Below are positions 1 to 12,243 of a stretch of 64,000 nt of DNA, in pieces. A program made the position numbers and the translations under genes. The DNA lies in assembly GCF_022045235.1 (NCBI RefSeq), contig NW_027266308.1, positions 33,790,001 to 33,854,000 on the forward strand. Reading direction: 5' to 3'. Below the pieces are notes generated by a model that saw only the letters and a program-made list of their open reading frames with translations, did not search any database and had not been told where the DNA came from. Each line of letters begins with the position of its first letter. Position 1 is the first letter of the stretch. The stretch comes from Haliotis cracherodii. Its lineage: Eukaryota.

Positions 1-303
1 GAATAAGAGGCATATTTTGGGTTCTGTGTTTTATGATCGAAGTGAAGACAGCAATAGAAGTGTGTTGTGTCAGGATAAGACACAACTTGACATATTCAAA
101 ATGGCTGCCATGGTAGTATGTAATGGTCAAGGTTGAATTGTGCAAACTATCACAAAGCACAGCAAGGATAGAATGTGTTATTGAGCATAACACATAATTG
201 CTGCAAATCATACTTAAAAATGATCTTTTCATAATGGCTGCCATGAATACCCTAACTTAAACATCACTTACTGGTTATGATCGAGCATCCACAAATCCCC
301 TCA

Positions 304-466
304 GGGTGGTCGGGTAGCCTTGTGGTTAAAGCTTTCGCTCATCACACGAAGACCCGGGTTCGATTCCCCACATGGGTACAGTGTGTGCAGCCCATTTCTG
401 GTGTCCTCCGCCATGATATTGCTGGAATATTGCTAAAAGCGGCGTAAAACCATACTCACTCACTCA
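304..466 (+). mobile_element. tRNA-derived SINE (family B) with 15-bp TSD
   Basis: A-box-like GTAGCCT.GTGG and B box GGTTCGATTCC; tail GCTGGAATATTGCTAAAAGCGGCGTAAAAC + (CACT)n; TSD ccacaaa(t/c)cccctca at 289-303 and 467-481. Other copies at ~13075-13175, 21455-21602(-), 22347-22510, 41720-41852, 47250-47412(-). Confidence 0.85.
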
Positions 467-486
467 CCACAAACCCCCTCACTCAC

Positions 487-1311
487 CCAGATTTGAAGAA
501 GCCTGTGATCAGAAAGCTGTACACTTTCTCTTTGATAGGGAAACCACATTCCTTCATGATGTTCATCACCGTACTGAAAATAATAAGCATAATAATAGAC
601 ATGGATGGGTCCTCATCAAATAGCAGTGACATGGAAACATTGTTTCAGACAAGTCAATCTGCCCCTTGGGCAAGCTGAAGGTTTTCTGGATACCTTCAGT
701 TTGTCTGTTTAACATCACACTCAGAAATATTCCAGCTATGTGACATCGACATGTAAATAATTGAGTCTGGACCATACAAACCAGATACTGATGTACAGTA
801 AACTAAGGTTATAACAAACTCAAGGGGCCACTAGTTTGTTATAAGCATATGTACAGCATAGACACAGCAGTGGCAAGGATAAATAACTTCGGCATGTCCG
901 TCAGTTCGTTATAAGCTTGTTCATTATAAACGTAGTTTACTGTACTACCATAAAAACATAAGGAACTAATGCTCTGAATGTAGCTATCGTTGAGGTGAAC
1001 ATTTATAAAACTGTGCCAATAACACAGCATCAAATTACAATTTATTAAATTTCACATCAATTTCATCAGCTTGAGCTAAACACTTGATTAAAAGTGACTG
1101 CAAGGCATTATCAATGAACAAAATTGCAAATTGTGGGTACGACGGGAAACCACGTCAGTATCCCAAGTTGCCCAAATGCTTGGCAGATCAAAAAGTGTAA
1201 TTTCTCGACTATGGGACAAGTACCATCAAACAGGTGGGTTGCAATGAGACCTGGGCGTGGTAGGCCTAAACAATCTACACCAAGACAAGATCGTCTCACT
1301 ACATACTACGC

Positions 1312-1345
<34 letters not shown>

Positions 1346-4300
1346 AATCATTATTCATGGATAATCATACTCATTAACAAAGTAAATCCTAAACCTAGAT
1401 ATTCAAGGTTTTTGCAATTTGTTGAAAAATTAATTTGTTGAAACAAAGATGGACAAATTGGTAAATATATTACACAGAGTGCCTATAAAATTAAATAGCT
1501 GGAAATGTAGATGTAGTAGGATATAATAAAATGACTCACGTTGCAGCTTGGACATCTCCATGGTTACAGTAATGTTCCATCAGGTTTTCATACGTATCCT
1601 GCAGAACAGTGGCAGTAGCACATCGTCAGCATCAACACACAACAGCATCAACACACAACAGCATCAACACACACCACAGAAATGTTATACAGCGACAGAA
1701 GTTAAAACATAAAATGAAACTGTGTATTAATTGTCATTCTATAATATTTTCATAGCAACAAAAAGCTGCAAACCATTGAAAAGAAAAAGAGAGTGAACAT
1801 TTCATGTTTTCACTTAACATATCTTCAGCAAGGTACTCAAAATACAGACCAGGGTACTCTTGGCCAAAAGATACTCATTGCCAGACAATGTGAATGTGTT
1901 CAGACAAACTGTCATAAAGTTTCAGGGAATACCGTGGCAACCGGAATATAATCGGGTTATGGCCAGGCAAATCATAGGCTGATAGCATGAGCACTGAGCC
2001 ATTCCTGGGAGTATGAGGGAGTATAAGCATGACTTTGCAATATACCCTGACTTGAATCCCCATGGGAAGCATACAGGAAGAATTCCTGATGTCAGATAGA
2101 AAATGACAAATGGATGGGACAAGAAATCTTTTTCCAGTCTAATTTGTTTATTTCAATAATATATTTCTACTGATTTTGTCTTTCTTTTACATCTCATTCC
2201 TATCATGTCTCATTGAAGCCACTTAGCGCACTTAATTTGCACTAGAATATATAAAACAACGTGCAAACTCTTAAGAGCAATTCTACGGTAATTATGTTGG
2301 GGCACAGGTTGAAAATTGCTTGTCAGGGTTGTGTCCATGAGTGACTGAGTGAGTTGGGTTTAACACAGCTTTTAACAGTATTCCAGTTATATCACGGCAT
2401 GTCAGCTTAATGTGGGAGGAAAGCCTGAAGTGATGCAGGTCTCAGACGTTTACCACTTCGGTGAAACACATGAGCACGGGTATGGTGCTGACAAACCTAG
2501 AAACATAATCGGGCTAACCGGGATTTGAACCCACTATCATAGTTTTCTGGCGGGCCCAAGGGACCCAACTGTACTCAGTGAATCGTGGCGCCTTAGACAA
2601 CTGGGCCACCCATGCCACAATGTTGTCAATGAGATACACCAAAAAAAAAACTATAATCGTCTGTATGAATACCAGATTTGCTCTGATGATATTTATTTGT
2701 CACAGGCAGCACCCTAGGTCTGTTCAGGGGTTTCACCAAGGTCGTAAACATCTAAGACCTGCATCATTTCGAGCTCTCCTCCCACACCAAGCTGACACGC
2801 AGTGACGTCATATTAATACTGTCCAAAGCAGTGTCACACCAAACTCACTCACTCACTCCAATACTGTCAACATCCCCATGAAGATCGGGTGTGAATAGGT
2901 CTTCAGCAAGCCATGCTTGTCATAACAGGTGACTAATGGGAGTGGGTGGTCATTCTCACTGACCTGGTTGGTGCATGTCATCACATCACAATTGTGTAGA
3001 TCCATGCTCATGATGTCAATCACTGGATTGTCAGTCCCAGACATGATTATTTACAGACCACTATCATATAGCTGGAATATTGCTGAGTGCGACATTAAAC
3101 AACAAACAAATAGCCATGGGAGCCATGCCAATGGGAACGGTGACAATTTACACTTGTCAGAAGGGTACACGAAGCATGTGATCTAGACTACCAGTTGTCG
3201 GACTTTCATTTTTGTGAAAGCCTCAGTGGCTGAGTGGGTTAGATCGTTGACTTTGCTGGTGATTAGGTGCCTCACTCTAGAATTTTTGGTTCAAATCCTG
3301 GAAGGGACTCAACCCAAAACAAATCGAGAATCTGTACTATACTAAGAAAGTGTTATTCCAAATAGAACATTTGTATCAAACAAAGACACAAACAATAATT
3401 TTCGGAGAAGCAAGAGGATCTCACCATGTTGGGTATGATATGGTGAGCCTGCATCTCAGTGATGATGTCGGTTGGAGTAAAGTTGTGGCCATTTTCAACA
3501 TAGACTTTCAGTAGAGTGTTGTAGTGGCCCACCTCAAACACAGCTGTTATACAGAGAAAAGGGAACTTATATATATCATGTCAGCCTTCAGGATAAGATT
3601 CACATACAAAAAATAAATCACATGTATTTTCAAGAATGGTGCAATTAATCCACCATTTCAGGATTTGAAACTCCTTTTATTGTTGTGCAAAAGGAACAGT
3701 TAAAATCAAGATAGCAAAATTAAAATTAGTAACCAGAGCCAAAGGGAATACTTAGAAAATCACTTTTCTTTTCACTTAAACTACCTTTTGATGATGTTTA
3801 TTATTTGAAGCCAGTGACTTGAACATGTTAACTGGACAAACATGGGAAAGGATAGACATATGAACACACCTAGAGTTCTCAATACCACTATCAAACCCAG
3901 TTTATGTTTACTTTGGTCTTAACCTCTGTATGTTTGAAAATATCAGGATATTTCTTTATAATAATGAGTCTTTTTCTAACAGGTATAATGTGCAAAATAT
4001 TGGTTTATTTCTCCCTTGTTTAATGAAGCCTCGAGTGTTTCAAATCACCCATCTTCAAGAGGCAAGAGAGTTAACTGACTTTAAAAGTCCAGATTCCACC
4101 CTTGCCGAACAAGGCTGGAATTCCTGGGCTCGATCATAGCGCCACTAGTGGTTATTATGAGTTATGTCCCTTCTGAGCCTCTCCTATAGACCAATCCCAT
4201 CCCATTACTTGCCTTTGTTTCAAACAAAATGGTGGCGCCCAGTCAAGACGATCTGATCGATAATCAAGATCTATACTGTGATAAAACGGGTCTAACATCG

Positions 4301-6497
4301 CGAAGTGCATCAAATCACGTGAGCACCTTGATTAAAAACATGAAAAGGTTTCGAAAATATCTTTGGACAATGAGTTGGTGGTGCACATGCTTTGCAAATC
4401 CTGCAATCGACCGAAATCTGCACAACAGTTTACAAACCAGATTTTGATTTCGGTGCACGATTTTGATTGGACTATGCATAGACTCGTTAGTCCAGCCAAA
4501 ATGTAACTCCATAATACCAGCCTAGTTCGGCAAGGGTGGAAACTGGACTTTTATAGTCAGTTAACTCTCTTGACTCGGAAAGATGGAAATCACCGCACGC
4601 ACTCACTGTTTTGTCGCAGCATGTGCCAGGTCTCCTGCAGTAGGTTGGTCCTCTGTTTCGGGTGGACGTTATACAGGCAAGAGCCGAAACAGCTGAGTAG
4701 AGTCGTAGAAACTCCTTGGGATACATGCCCTGAAACAGGGGAGTGAATAATCCTTCAACAATTCAAGCTATACTTCAGTAAAAGCAAACCAGTGGTCAAT
4801 GACATGAGAAGTGATTTCAATCGGATGGCACTAATGTCGGTGACCCATTCTGCCCTTGGATTTACTACCCGGATACCCAACCCCCTATTACCTGACCCTA
4901 CCAAGGTAGCCACTGTAGGTTTCAAGAGATAGGTGCAAAATGTCCAATTGGGAAATGTTTGACCGCACTCCTGTCAAAATGAATTTAGATGCACGTATAA
5001 ACCGATCTGGTCATGCATACACTGAAGTTGACTGAAATTTTATCTTTATGCAAACATATAAAGTCAGAAGGATTGTGTGCATAGTCAGAAAGAAATATGA
5101 ACATTTGTCACTTATAGTGTAACCATAGAGTTCTAGATAATTTTTGCCATTAAACAAAATAATCACGTGACTAACCACACGTCCAGGTAGTCTTGTGGGT
5201 ACCTGGGTCCTACTCAGTACCTAACCAGCCCCAGTTACTCATCCCAGCCTACTCTACAAGTTGAGAGTGCATGTCCATCATCTTTTGTGATTTTTTAATG
5301 ATTTTTTTATGTACAACATTCAACAAAAACGAAGAAAAGGAAAAGCTCAGTTATGGATGTCTTGCATGATTAATCTTCACATTACATTAGGTAAGGTGAA
5401 ATGGGGTTTAACGTCACGTTTAACCACCTTATCAGTGACCAAGCATCAGCGGGCAGCTGCATGAACAGGACTAGCCATGTCTTCTCCTGCAACCAGTCAA
5501 CACAACACACTTTCTCAACCTGTAAGAACATATTCCTGTATGTTATAATTCAGTGAACTTTGTTGAATCTCATACCTGCATTTTGCACCAGATGGCGAAA
5601 ATTCTGGACCTGACTTTCATGTAAGCCTGGCGGCATTTCAATACTTTTTCTGACACGTTCTGCTGCTTTGGCAACATCCTCTTCGCCATGGTTACACTGG
5701 GGAAAAGCTGAATGTTCCGCAGTCCTTACTGTAATAGATCTGTAACATAACATTCTGTGTCACTCAAAAAAACAGAAATATCTATCTTCCTTCTACTTGT
5801 GAATTGAACAAATAAAATTGGCTTTCCTAAATAATAAAATTAAATGTTTTTTTGTATGAATACTGTCATGTGATTACTGATAACTATGGGCAGACATTCG
5901 ATAAAAAAATAAATCAATTGAAACAAAGATGTACGAAACAAGTATGCAATAACAGAAATGTTACAAATAAAGGTCATGTTACAAAACCAATACAAATGTA
6001 CAACCCTCAAAGAAAAACGCCATATTTTGTTGCTGTTTATATTGAGGGCAATATTTTTATTTTTAATTAGAATCTACGTATTATATTAACAAGGAGGATT
6101 TATAAATATTGTTAGACAGAACATATGACCTTTACTTTACATGGATTCTGGGGTTAAAACATTTTTATCATTATTCGGGTATTTATTCCCACAAGTTCGC
6201 TTTTTTTTCTTACGAGTCTTGATTTTTCGTAAGAATTTTGGTAAAATTGGAATCATAAAATTTAACATGGTCAAATCGTCTGCAAATGATGAAATGTCAC
6301 TCTTCTTGTCTACGTCCACGAGTTATCTTTGCAGCCTGACAGAAACTGCACGTTTACCTGACATAATTCAAATGTGTCGGCGTATGGAGAGACTTTGCTT
6401 GTCGCCTTGCCATGCAAACCATTGACGTATAAGAGCGTACAAGCTTCGGCGATCGTGCAGCGATCAGAGTGTGCATGTGCCGCATGAGAGCAGCCAT
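487..6497 (-). CDS. LRPPRC: LRPPRC-like mitochondrial pentatricopeptide-repeat protein, 5' part (first 6 coding exons; gene continues beyond window start)
   Basis: Exons 6497-6358, 5739-5576, 4729-4607, 3543-3425, 1598-1540, 573-487, all GT-AG and frame-consistent. Translation: MAALMRHMHTLIAARSPK...STTLLSCFGSCLYNVHPKQRTNLLQETWHMLRQNTVFEVGHYNTLLKVYVENGHNFTPTDIITEMQAHHIIPNMDTYENLMEHYCNHGDVQAATTVMNIMKECGFPIKEKVYSFLITGFFKSG. This matches the LRPPRC N-terminal PPR region (human ...DVSHYNALLKVYLQN...QPNRVTYQRLI..YC..GD). Basic, acid-poor N-terminus resembles a mitochondrial targeting peptide. May be a paralog rather than the ortholog. Confidence 0.85.
796..942. mobile_element. pogo/Tigger-like MITE (TA TSD)
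   Basis: TA|CAGTAAACTA...TAGTTTACTG|TA; related copy at 49345-49503. Confidence 0.7.
1314..1347. repeat. (CAT)n microsatellite
   Basis: Direct reading. Confidence 0.9.
3220..3352 (+). mobile_element. tRNA-derived SINE fragment (additional family)
   Basis: GTGGCTGAGTGGGTTAG...GGTTCAAATCC...GGGACTCAACCCAAA...GAGAATCTGTACT; second copy at ~48680-48780. Confidence 0.6.
4050..4585. mobile_element. Non-autonomous DNA transposon M1 (long TIRs, 9-bp TSD; Mutator-like)
   Basis: ~65-bp TIRs CATCTT...AAGATG; TSD caaatcacc/gaaatcacc; homologous to 16184-16718 and 48123-48635. Confidence 0.85.
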
Positions 6498-6775
6498 GTT
6501 TACTGTTACTCGGAGTCCATCGGTCATTACCGTAACTTTCCGAGATGAGCCGAGGGCATAGTGTTGACTCAAAACTTGTAACAAAATATAAGAAACATCA
6601 AATGAATGAAAAGAAATGTGTGCTACTGTAGAGCAGCCGAGATCCCATTACACACGTGAGACGGCCCCAGAAGCGTACCCTAGGTAATCGTACGAATTAC
6701 CACATATCCTTGTGGATGAAATGAGGAAAACAAGAATTCACACATTTTATGCAATCAAACGCAGACCTTTAACAG

Positions 6776-7037
6776 TTGGTTGGTTGTTTAACGCCACACT
6801 CAGCAATATTCCAGCTATATGACGGCGGTCTGTAAATAATCGAGTCTGGACCAGACAATCCAGTGATTAATATCATGAGCATCAATCCACGCAATTGGGA
6901 TTGATGACATGCATCCACCAAGTCAACGAGCCTGACCACCCGATCCTGTTAGTCGCCTTTTACGACAAGCATAGTCACCTTTTACGGCAAGCATGGGTTG
7001 CTGAAGACCTATTCTACACCGGAATCTTCACGGGTCC
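6776..7037 (-). mobile_element. Short retroposon family A (non-tRNA head), full-length copy
   Basis: ~260-bp element flanked by acctttaa(c/t)ag direct repeats. About 19 copies or fragments in the window, e.g. 2872-3110, 10025-10272, 11235-11468, 12545-12765, 22915-23080, 24341-24595, 26290-26527, 31219-31480, 33198-33455, 35417-35595, 38415-38680, 43605-43803, 49510-49712, 54782-55053, 63160-63385. Confidence 0.85.
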
Positions 7038-8036
7038 AAACCTTTAATAGGCAAGGCGAGCGAACTAGCCTACCAACTGCATGGGTATGGGGAGATGTCC
7101 TTTTGCATATACCGTATGTATGAAATGTTCCCAACAAAAATTGGCTGCGGTGCAAGAGGCGGGTTACCTGGCATGTCTGCACCAAATTCGGACTAACGGG
7201 CTATTAGTCATTAAGGGCAAATGTCTGTGTATATTGGGGCAGTTAGCAATTATCGAGTGGAAATTTCCATGTTTCGGTTGCCTTGAAATGCCTTCTGATC
7301 CACTTTATTCATGATGATCCGTAACGCACCACAGACCTGTACTACGTACTTATTCTACCTCGGCTATCGATGGGAATAATTTTATATTCTGCTGATGAAA
7401 CAATGTAACAGAGCACATTATGTGACATAGCAGTAGTTGCAAAAAAAATATATAGAAATATATTACCATTACTGTATATGTTGTGTTCACTGTCTGAAGC
7501 AATATCTTATATTAGGGTTAAGTAGAGAATTGTATGACTAACACCCGTTCCCTTATTTCTTTCCGTCAGTATACACGGTGCCGCTACATCTATTTGCAGG
7601 TGTCGCTCAGCACTGACCATAATCCCATGTGTGTCTAAAGAACCGAATAAATTGAGGATCGGATGGTTTAACAGCGAAAGAAACTAACAGTTTTAGTCCA
7701 CTGGTCCTGATAATGATAACATATGGCAAAACCCTTAAAATGGGCGAATTTCTATTCGTCCTTATGGCAGTTTGGCAAGGACTATAGGACCAGTGCCAAT
7801 TTCTAACGTTGGTTACAAAGTGTGACCAGAGTCCCCCGACGGCAGGGACCGCTGCCTGTGCTAACAGCTAATGGTGTGCCTGGTGTAGACTTGATTATTA
7901 TTACAGGGCGTCGCGACATAGCTGGAATAAACAACATTCCCTCATTTCCCTGCATGTATTAGGACAGATATCCGCCGGAGATTCTATTCTGAACGTCTGC
8001 TCTTCTGGCCTGATCTGCCATGTCCAGATGCGACCC

Positions 8037-8545
8037 CAGAGCTCCAGATAAGCTGCGTATCTGCGTGAAATACGCATAAAAAATGCAGAAATACGCAGTA
8101 AAATAAAATCCAAGCGTATCAAATACGCAACGAACATTACAGATACGCTACAAAAATAAAACTTGTGCTTATCAACAAAATAGTGATAAGTAACCCTGCG
8201 TATTCGATTAGCCGAAATCAGCAATTTATTTTGAAATTATAATCGGGCATTCCGTCAACCTTGCCAAATTCCACGATGACAGTTACATCATGATCATTTG
8301 CCATCACACTTTCTTGTGGAAGTATCGTGGTATTTTTTAGTCCAATAAAGCTCTCGAACCCACACGACACCAGTTTGCAGGGACTAGATGAATAGTGTTT
8401 TTTAAATATTTAACTTAAATACCCACATGTGTAAAAACTAGTGGGTAACAGAAATTTGAATACCCAGATAGAATTACTGATACCCAATGATTTTAAAATG
8501 CATGGGTAAAATACCCACAACACCAAAAGCTTATCTAGAGCTCTG
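8037..8545. mobile_element. MITE with ~18-bp TIRs (superfamily uncertain)
   Basis: CAGAGCTCCAGATAAGCT...AGCTTATCTAGAGCTCTG, flanked by gaccc repeats; related element at 56056-56625 flanked by gataac. Confidence 0.65.
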
Positions 8546-9137
8546 GACCCGATATATACAGCTTAAATGTTGTGACAGAGGCCTATAATAACGTACACTT
8601 TTTTCAGAAGGACGAGGACAGTAGGGTGCAATTTCCCGACCCAGATAATAAATAACTATATAAGCATGTTCAGTATATGCCCGTAATGCCCGAATGATAT
8701 ATCATTGAAATATTTAGGTGGGGAAAATTTTCTGCCTCCAATAGTTTTCTTTTACATGGTCATTGTTTGTTAAATTCAACGTTGTCAAAACAATATAACA
8801 AAGTGATTTTTTACAACTCTATCACTTTTTCACTAAAGAGATAATTGAAGAAGGATCTTGAACTAAAACATGTTTTAACAAAGAGTGACTTTTTCTAATA
8901 TCACTAAGTGACCATCGCTGTACCAGAATCTGTAAACGATGAAATATGACAGTCGACTTGACATTTTGCACATGATGAATACAGAGATGTCCGACTACTC
9001 TTATGAAGGTTCCGATTGTATGCTTTTTCTTTCAAGGGAGGCCACTCTAGTCGTTACACTCACGCTAATCGCGGCTGTCAGACTCCTTTGCGAGAATATG
9101 GACTATCCTACATCTAAACCTTTACAACACTAGAACA

Positions 9138-12100
9138 ATGGAGCGATCGAACACAATGTGTCATAAAAACTATGGTGATCTCGGAAGCGAATTCATCATT
9201 GAGCACCGGAAAATCAAAACCATGAACCTCTGGATAGCTTTAATTATTTCTGTCATATTTGCATTATGCGTTGATCTACACACAAAGGTTATTCATATTC
9301 GTTGCATTTAATTCATAGATTTAGTCTCCCTCCATTTGTCTCTGTATAAGGCTTTGCATATCTAAAACTGTTCGCCGACCAGCTGCTGACGTTTGGACAT
9401 TGCTAGCTTCATGTTTCGGAATGGTTTCCGCCCATAAGACCTGCTTCAAATTTTACCCTTAACCATAAATACATTGTAGCTTTTGGTTATATCACATCAT
9501 ATTTAATTATTACATCAAATATGTTTATGTTTTTTGGTTACATTTATTGTTTCCACAAATGTTCTCAGTGTCTTATTTCATTTATTGCAGGACATCTACC
9601 ATCTATGGTCTATTTCAGCTGTTTTGTTTGGTGTTCTAGTTTTCAAACTCTATACAAAAGTACACAGAGGTATGTACATATGTGATGTAGGTACATTTTG
9701 ACAGAATACATTACCAAAAGTGTTTAGTTGTGAAACATTTAATGCATTATTATTTATTATATCAAGCTATGGTCAGCCCAATCACAGGAATTCGAAACTG
9801 TACACAAGTAATAATTGTTGGTGCTTTCCTGTCATGATGATACTGGAATTTTCTGTTAAGAGCAGTGTAAAATTACTAAAAAGCCTAACTCACTAACTTC
9901 AAAATAGGTCTTGAAACCTTGAACTCATCAATCCAAAAGTAATGCAATAAGTTGCAAAAGGAAAGCCAGGTATAGTAAGATCCAATGTTCAGGCTACACT
10001 AAGTGTAATAGTTTATACTTATTTGCTTGTTAGTTTGTTGTTTAACGCCACACTCAGCAATATTCCAGCTATATGATATGAGTCTGGACCTGACAATCCA
10101 GTGATAGACATCATGAGCATCGATCCACGGAGTTGGGATACAATGACATGCATCAACCAAGTGAGCGAGCCTGACCACCTGATCCCGTTAGTTGCCTCTT
10201 ATGACAAGCATAGTCGCTTTTAACGTCAAGCATGGGTTTCTGAAGATGTATTCTAACCCGGATCTTCACAGGTTATATTTAATTGAAAGTCATTTAGTTT
10301 GTGTAGGTGAAAAGCATGGTAATAGAAATAATCTATCTCTTGTATTTAATTTCAGTGTGACGTTGTATAGGTCAGTCATCTTATTTTAGAAAAATAGTGT
10401 TAATCCCGATTACAGGGCAGGATGTGAAGCTGTTAACCATCTTGTATTACATGTATAAATTTTACAGACTGTGTACAGGAAGTTGATCTATTATTATTTG
10501 AAAGGTTAACAGTTACCTTTTGGATATATTTATGTAATTTTCCTTTCCTAATCCATCAAAGATAAGGTCTCCCCCCCCCCCCCTCTCTCCCACTTTGGTT
10601 GTTCCACAATTATACATCCACCTCTGTACATTTAGAGTTAATATGCTACAACTATTATTCCTGTGTTTAAGTAAGGATCAGATATATGGATGGACAACTT
10701 CTTTATTACAATTAGGAGCGACGTTTCGGTGTAGGATACCAAATATCTTATCCTTACTTAGTTCTCCAACTTGGAAATGCCTCTCAAAGAAGTGTGTTTA
10801 AGACTTTCCCTTTGGAACTTTTGGTCGTATCACAAATGAGCATTTCACCTGTTGTGAGATGGTTCATTTTCTGATTGCTGAGGACATGATAAACGTGTGT
10901 TGTTTCCAGAGGTGATCCTAATATTACCCACAGTTGGAGTACAGCTGAAGACGGAGTACATGCTGGGATTGAAGTGCACCAAGTTCATAGATCTCTCGCA
11001 CATCCGGGACATCATCATCAATGAAGCTATCACTATGGTACGTTGTCTTCAAGTTCACTTTGTCAGTTTACAGTCACATCACGATATGCAATTTGTGAAA
11101 TTTTGTTGCAAGACATGTGACGTCAGCCTAGCAACAGGGTTGCTGGGGTCATCGATGTTCATAAGCTCCTCTCAGTGATTTATCATCTCTACACGTTTGA
11201 TAGTGAAACTTGTTACTGCAGTACATAAGCACATGCTTGTTTGTTTGTTTGTTTGTTTGTTTAACTCTGCACTAAGCAATATTCCAGCTACCGGCATATG
11301 ATGGCGATCTGTAAATAATTGAGTCTGGGTCAGACAATCCAGTGACTGATATCATGAGCATCTATCCACACAATTGCGATACGATGACATGCATCAAATT
11401 AGTCAGCAAGCTTGACCACACAAGATTGGGTTGCTGAAGACCTATTCTAAACCAGATCTTCACGAGTCGTTTTGGTATTATGCACAGTATAATAGCAGCT
11501 TATTTTTATTAAAGGATTGATCTCTTCACGAGCGTGCTATTAAGTTATTTATGATGTTAATTCATTATTGTTTTTTGGTGTTACAGAATTAGATGCAAAT
11601 GAATCACCCCCAAACTAATATTTCATTTCCACACCATTTCATTTTCTTGTGTTACATAGCTGTGCTAAATCATGCAAAATCAGGAACAAAAGTTTATGAT
11701 GCTTTGTATGATTAAAAATATGCTTATTTTGAACTTAATTTTGTTTAAGATAACTATTTTAAGCATCCTTTTTAGGAAATAAACTCCAAGCCCCTGTCAA
11801 TATTTTCATTGTTTATTTTGATCCTATATTTTGTCGCATGAACTGGGAAAGTCTGTACAAAGAGATCTATTGGTTTACAGTTTTGTTCAAACTTTTAATT
11901 TTATGAGGTCCTGTTCAGCATGTTCTGACAATTAATGGATCATATTTCTATTTTGCCTTTCATCTTTCAGTGTTTAGATATAAAGAATCTGTAATTGTCT
12001 CTCTGATCAGTTTTGATGACCATGAAATAGAAATTAACTACTGCCCTTGGTCACCCTAAGCGTATTCTCCTACCTTCCCCACCCAACACGCCAGGGTCAT

Positions 12101-12195
12101 TAGTTAACTTCTATTGTCACTGGTCTTGGTCCCATTTATTCAATGGTCAAGATGATAGTTACTAATGACTCTAATTCTGAATGTAGGCCAGACTG

Positions 12196-12243
<48 letters not shown>

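Noticed and set aside
796-942. Local pogo-like MITEs as TIRs or targets of the nested transposase gene
   Set aside because: They are self-contained elements far from the gene, and nothing in the sequence links them to this protein.
1124-1441. Poly-His ORF
   Set aside because: Produced by an intronic (CAT)n microsatellite.
5425-5519. Extra LRPPRC-like exon after the AG at 5521-5520
   Set aside because: It gives an immediate stop in the required phase, and exon 2 joins 4729 in frame with good homology.
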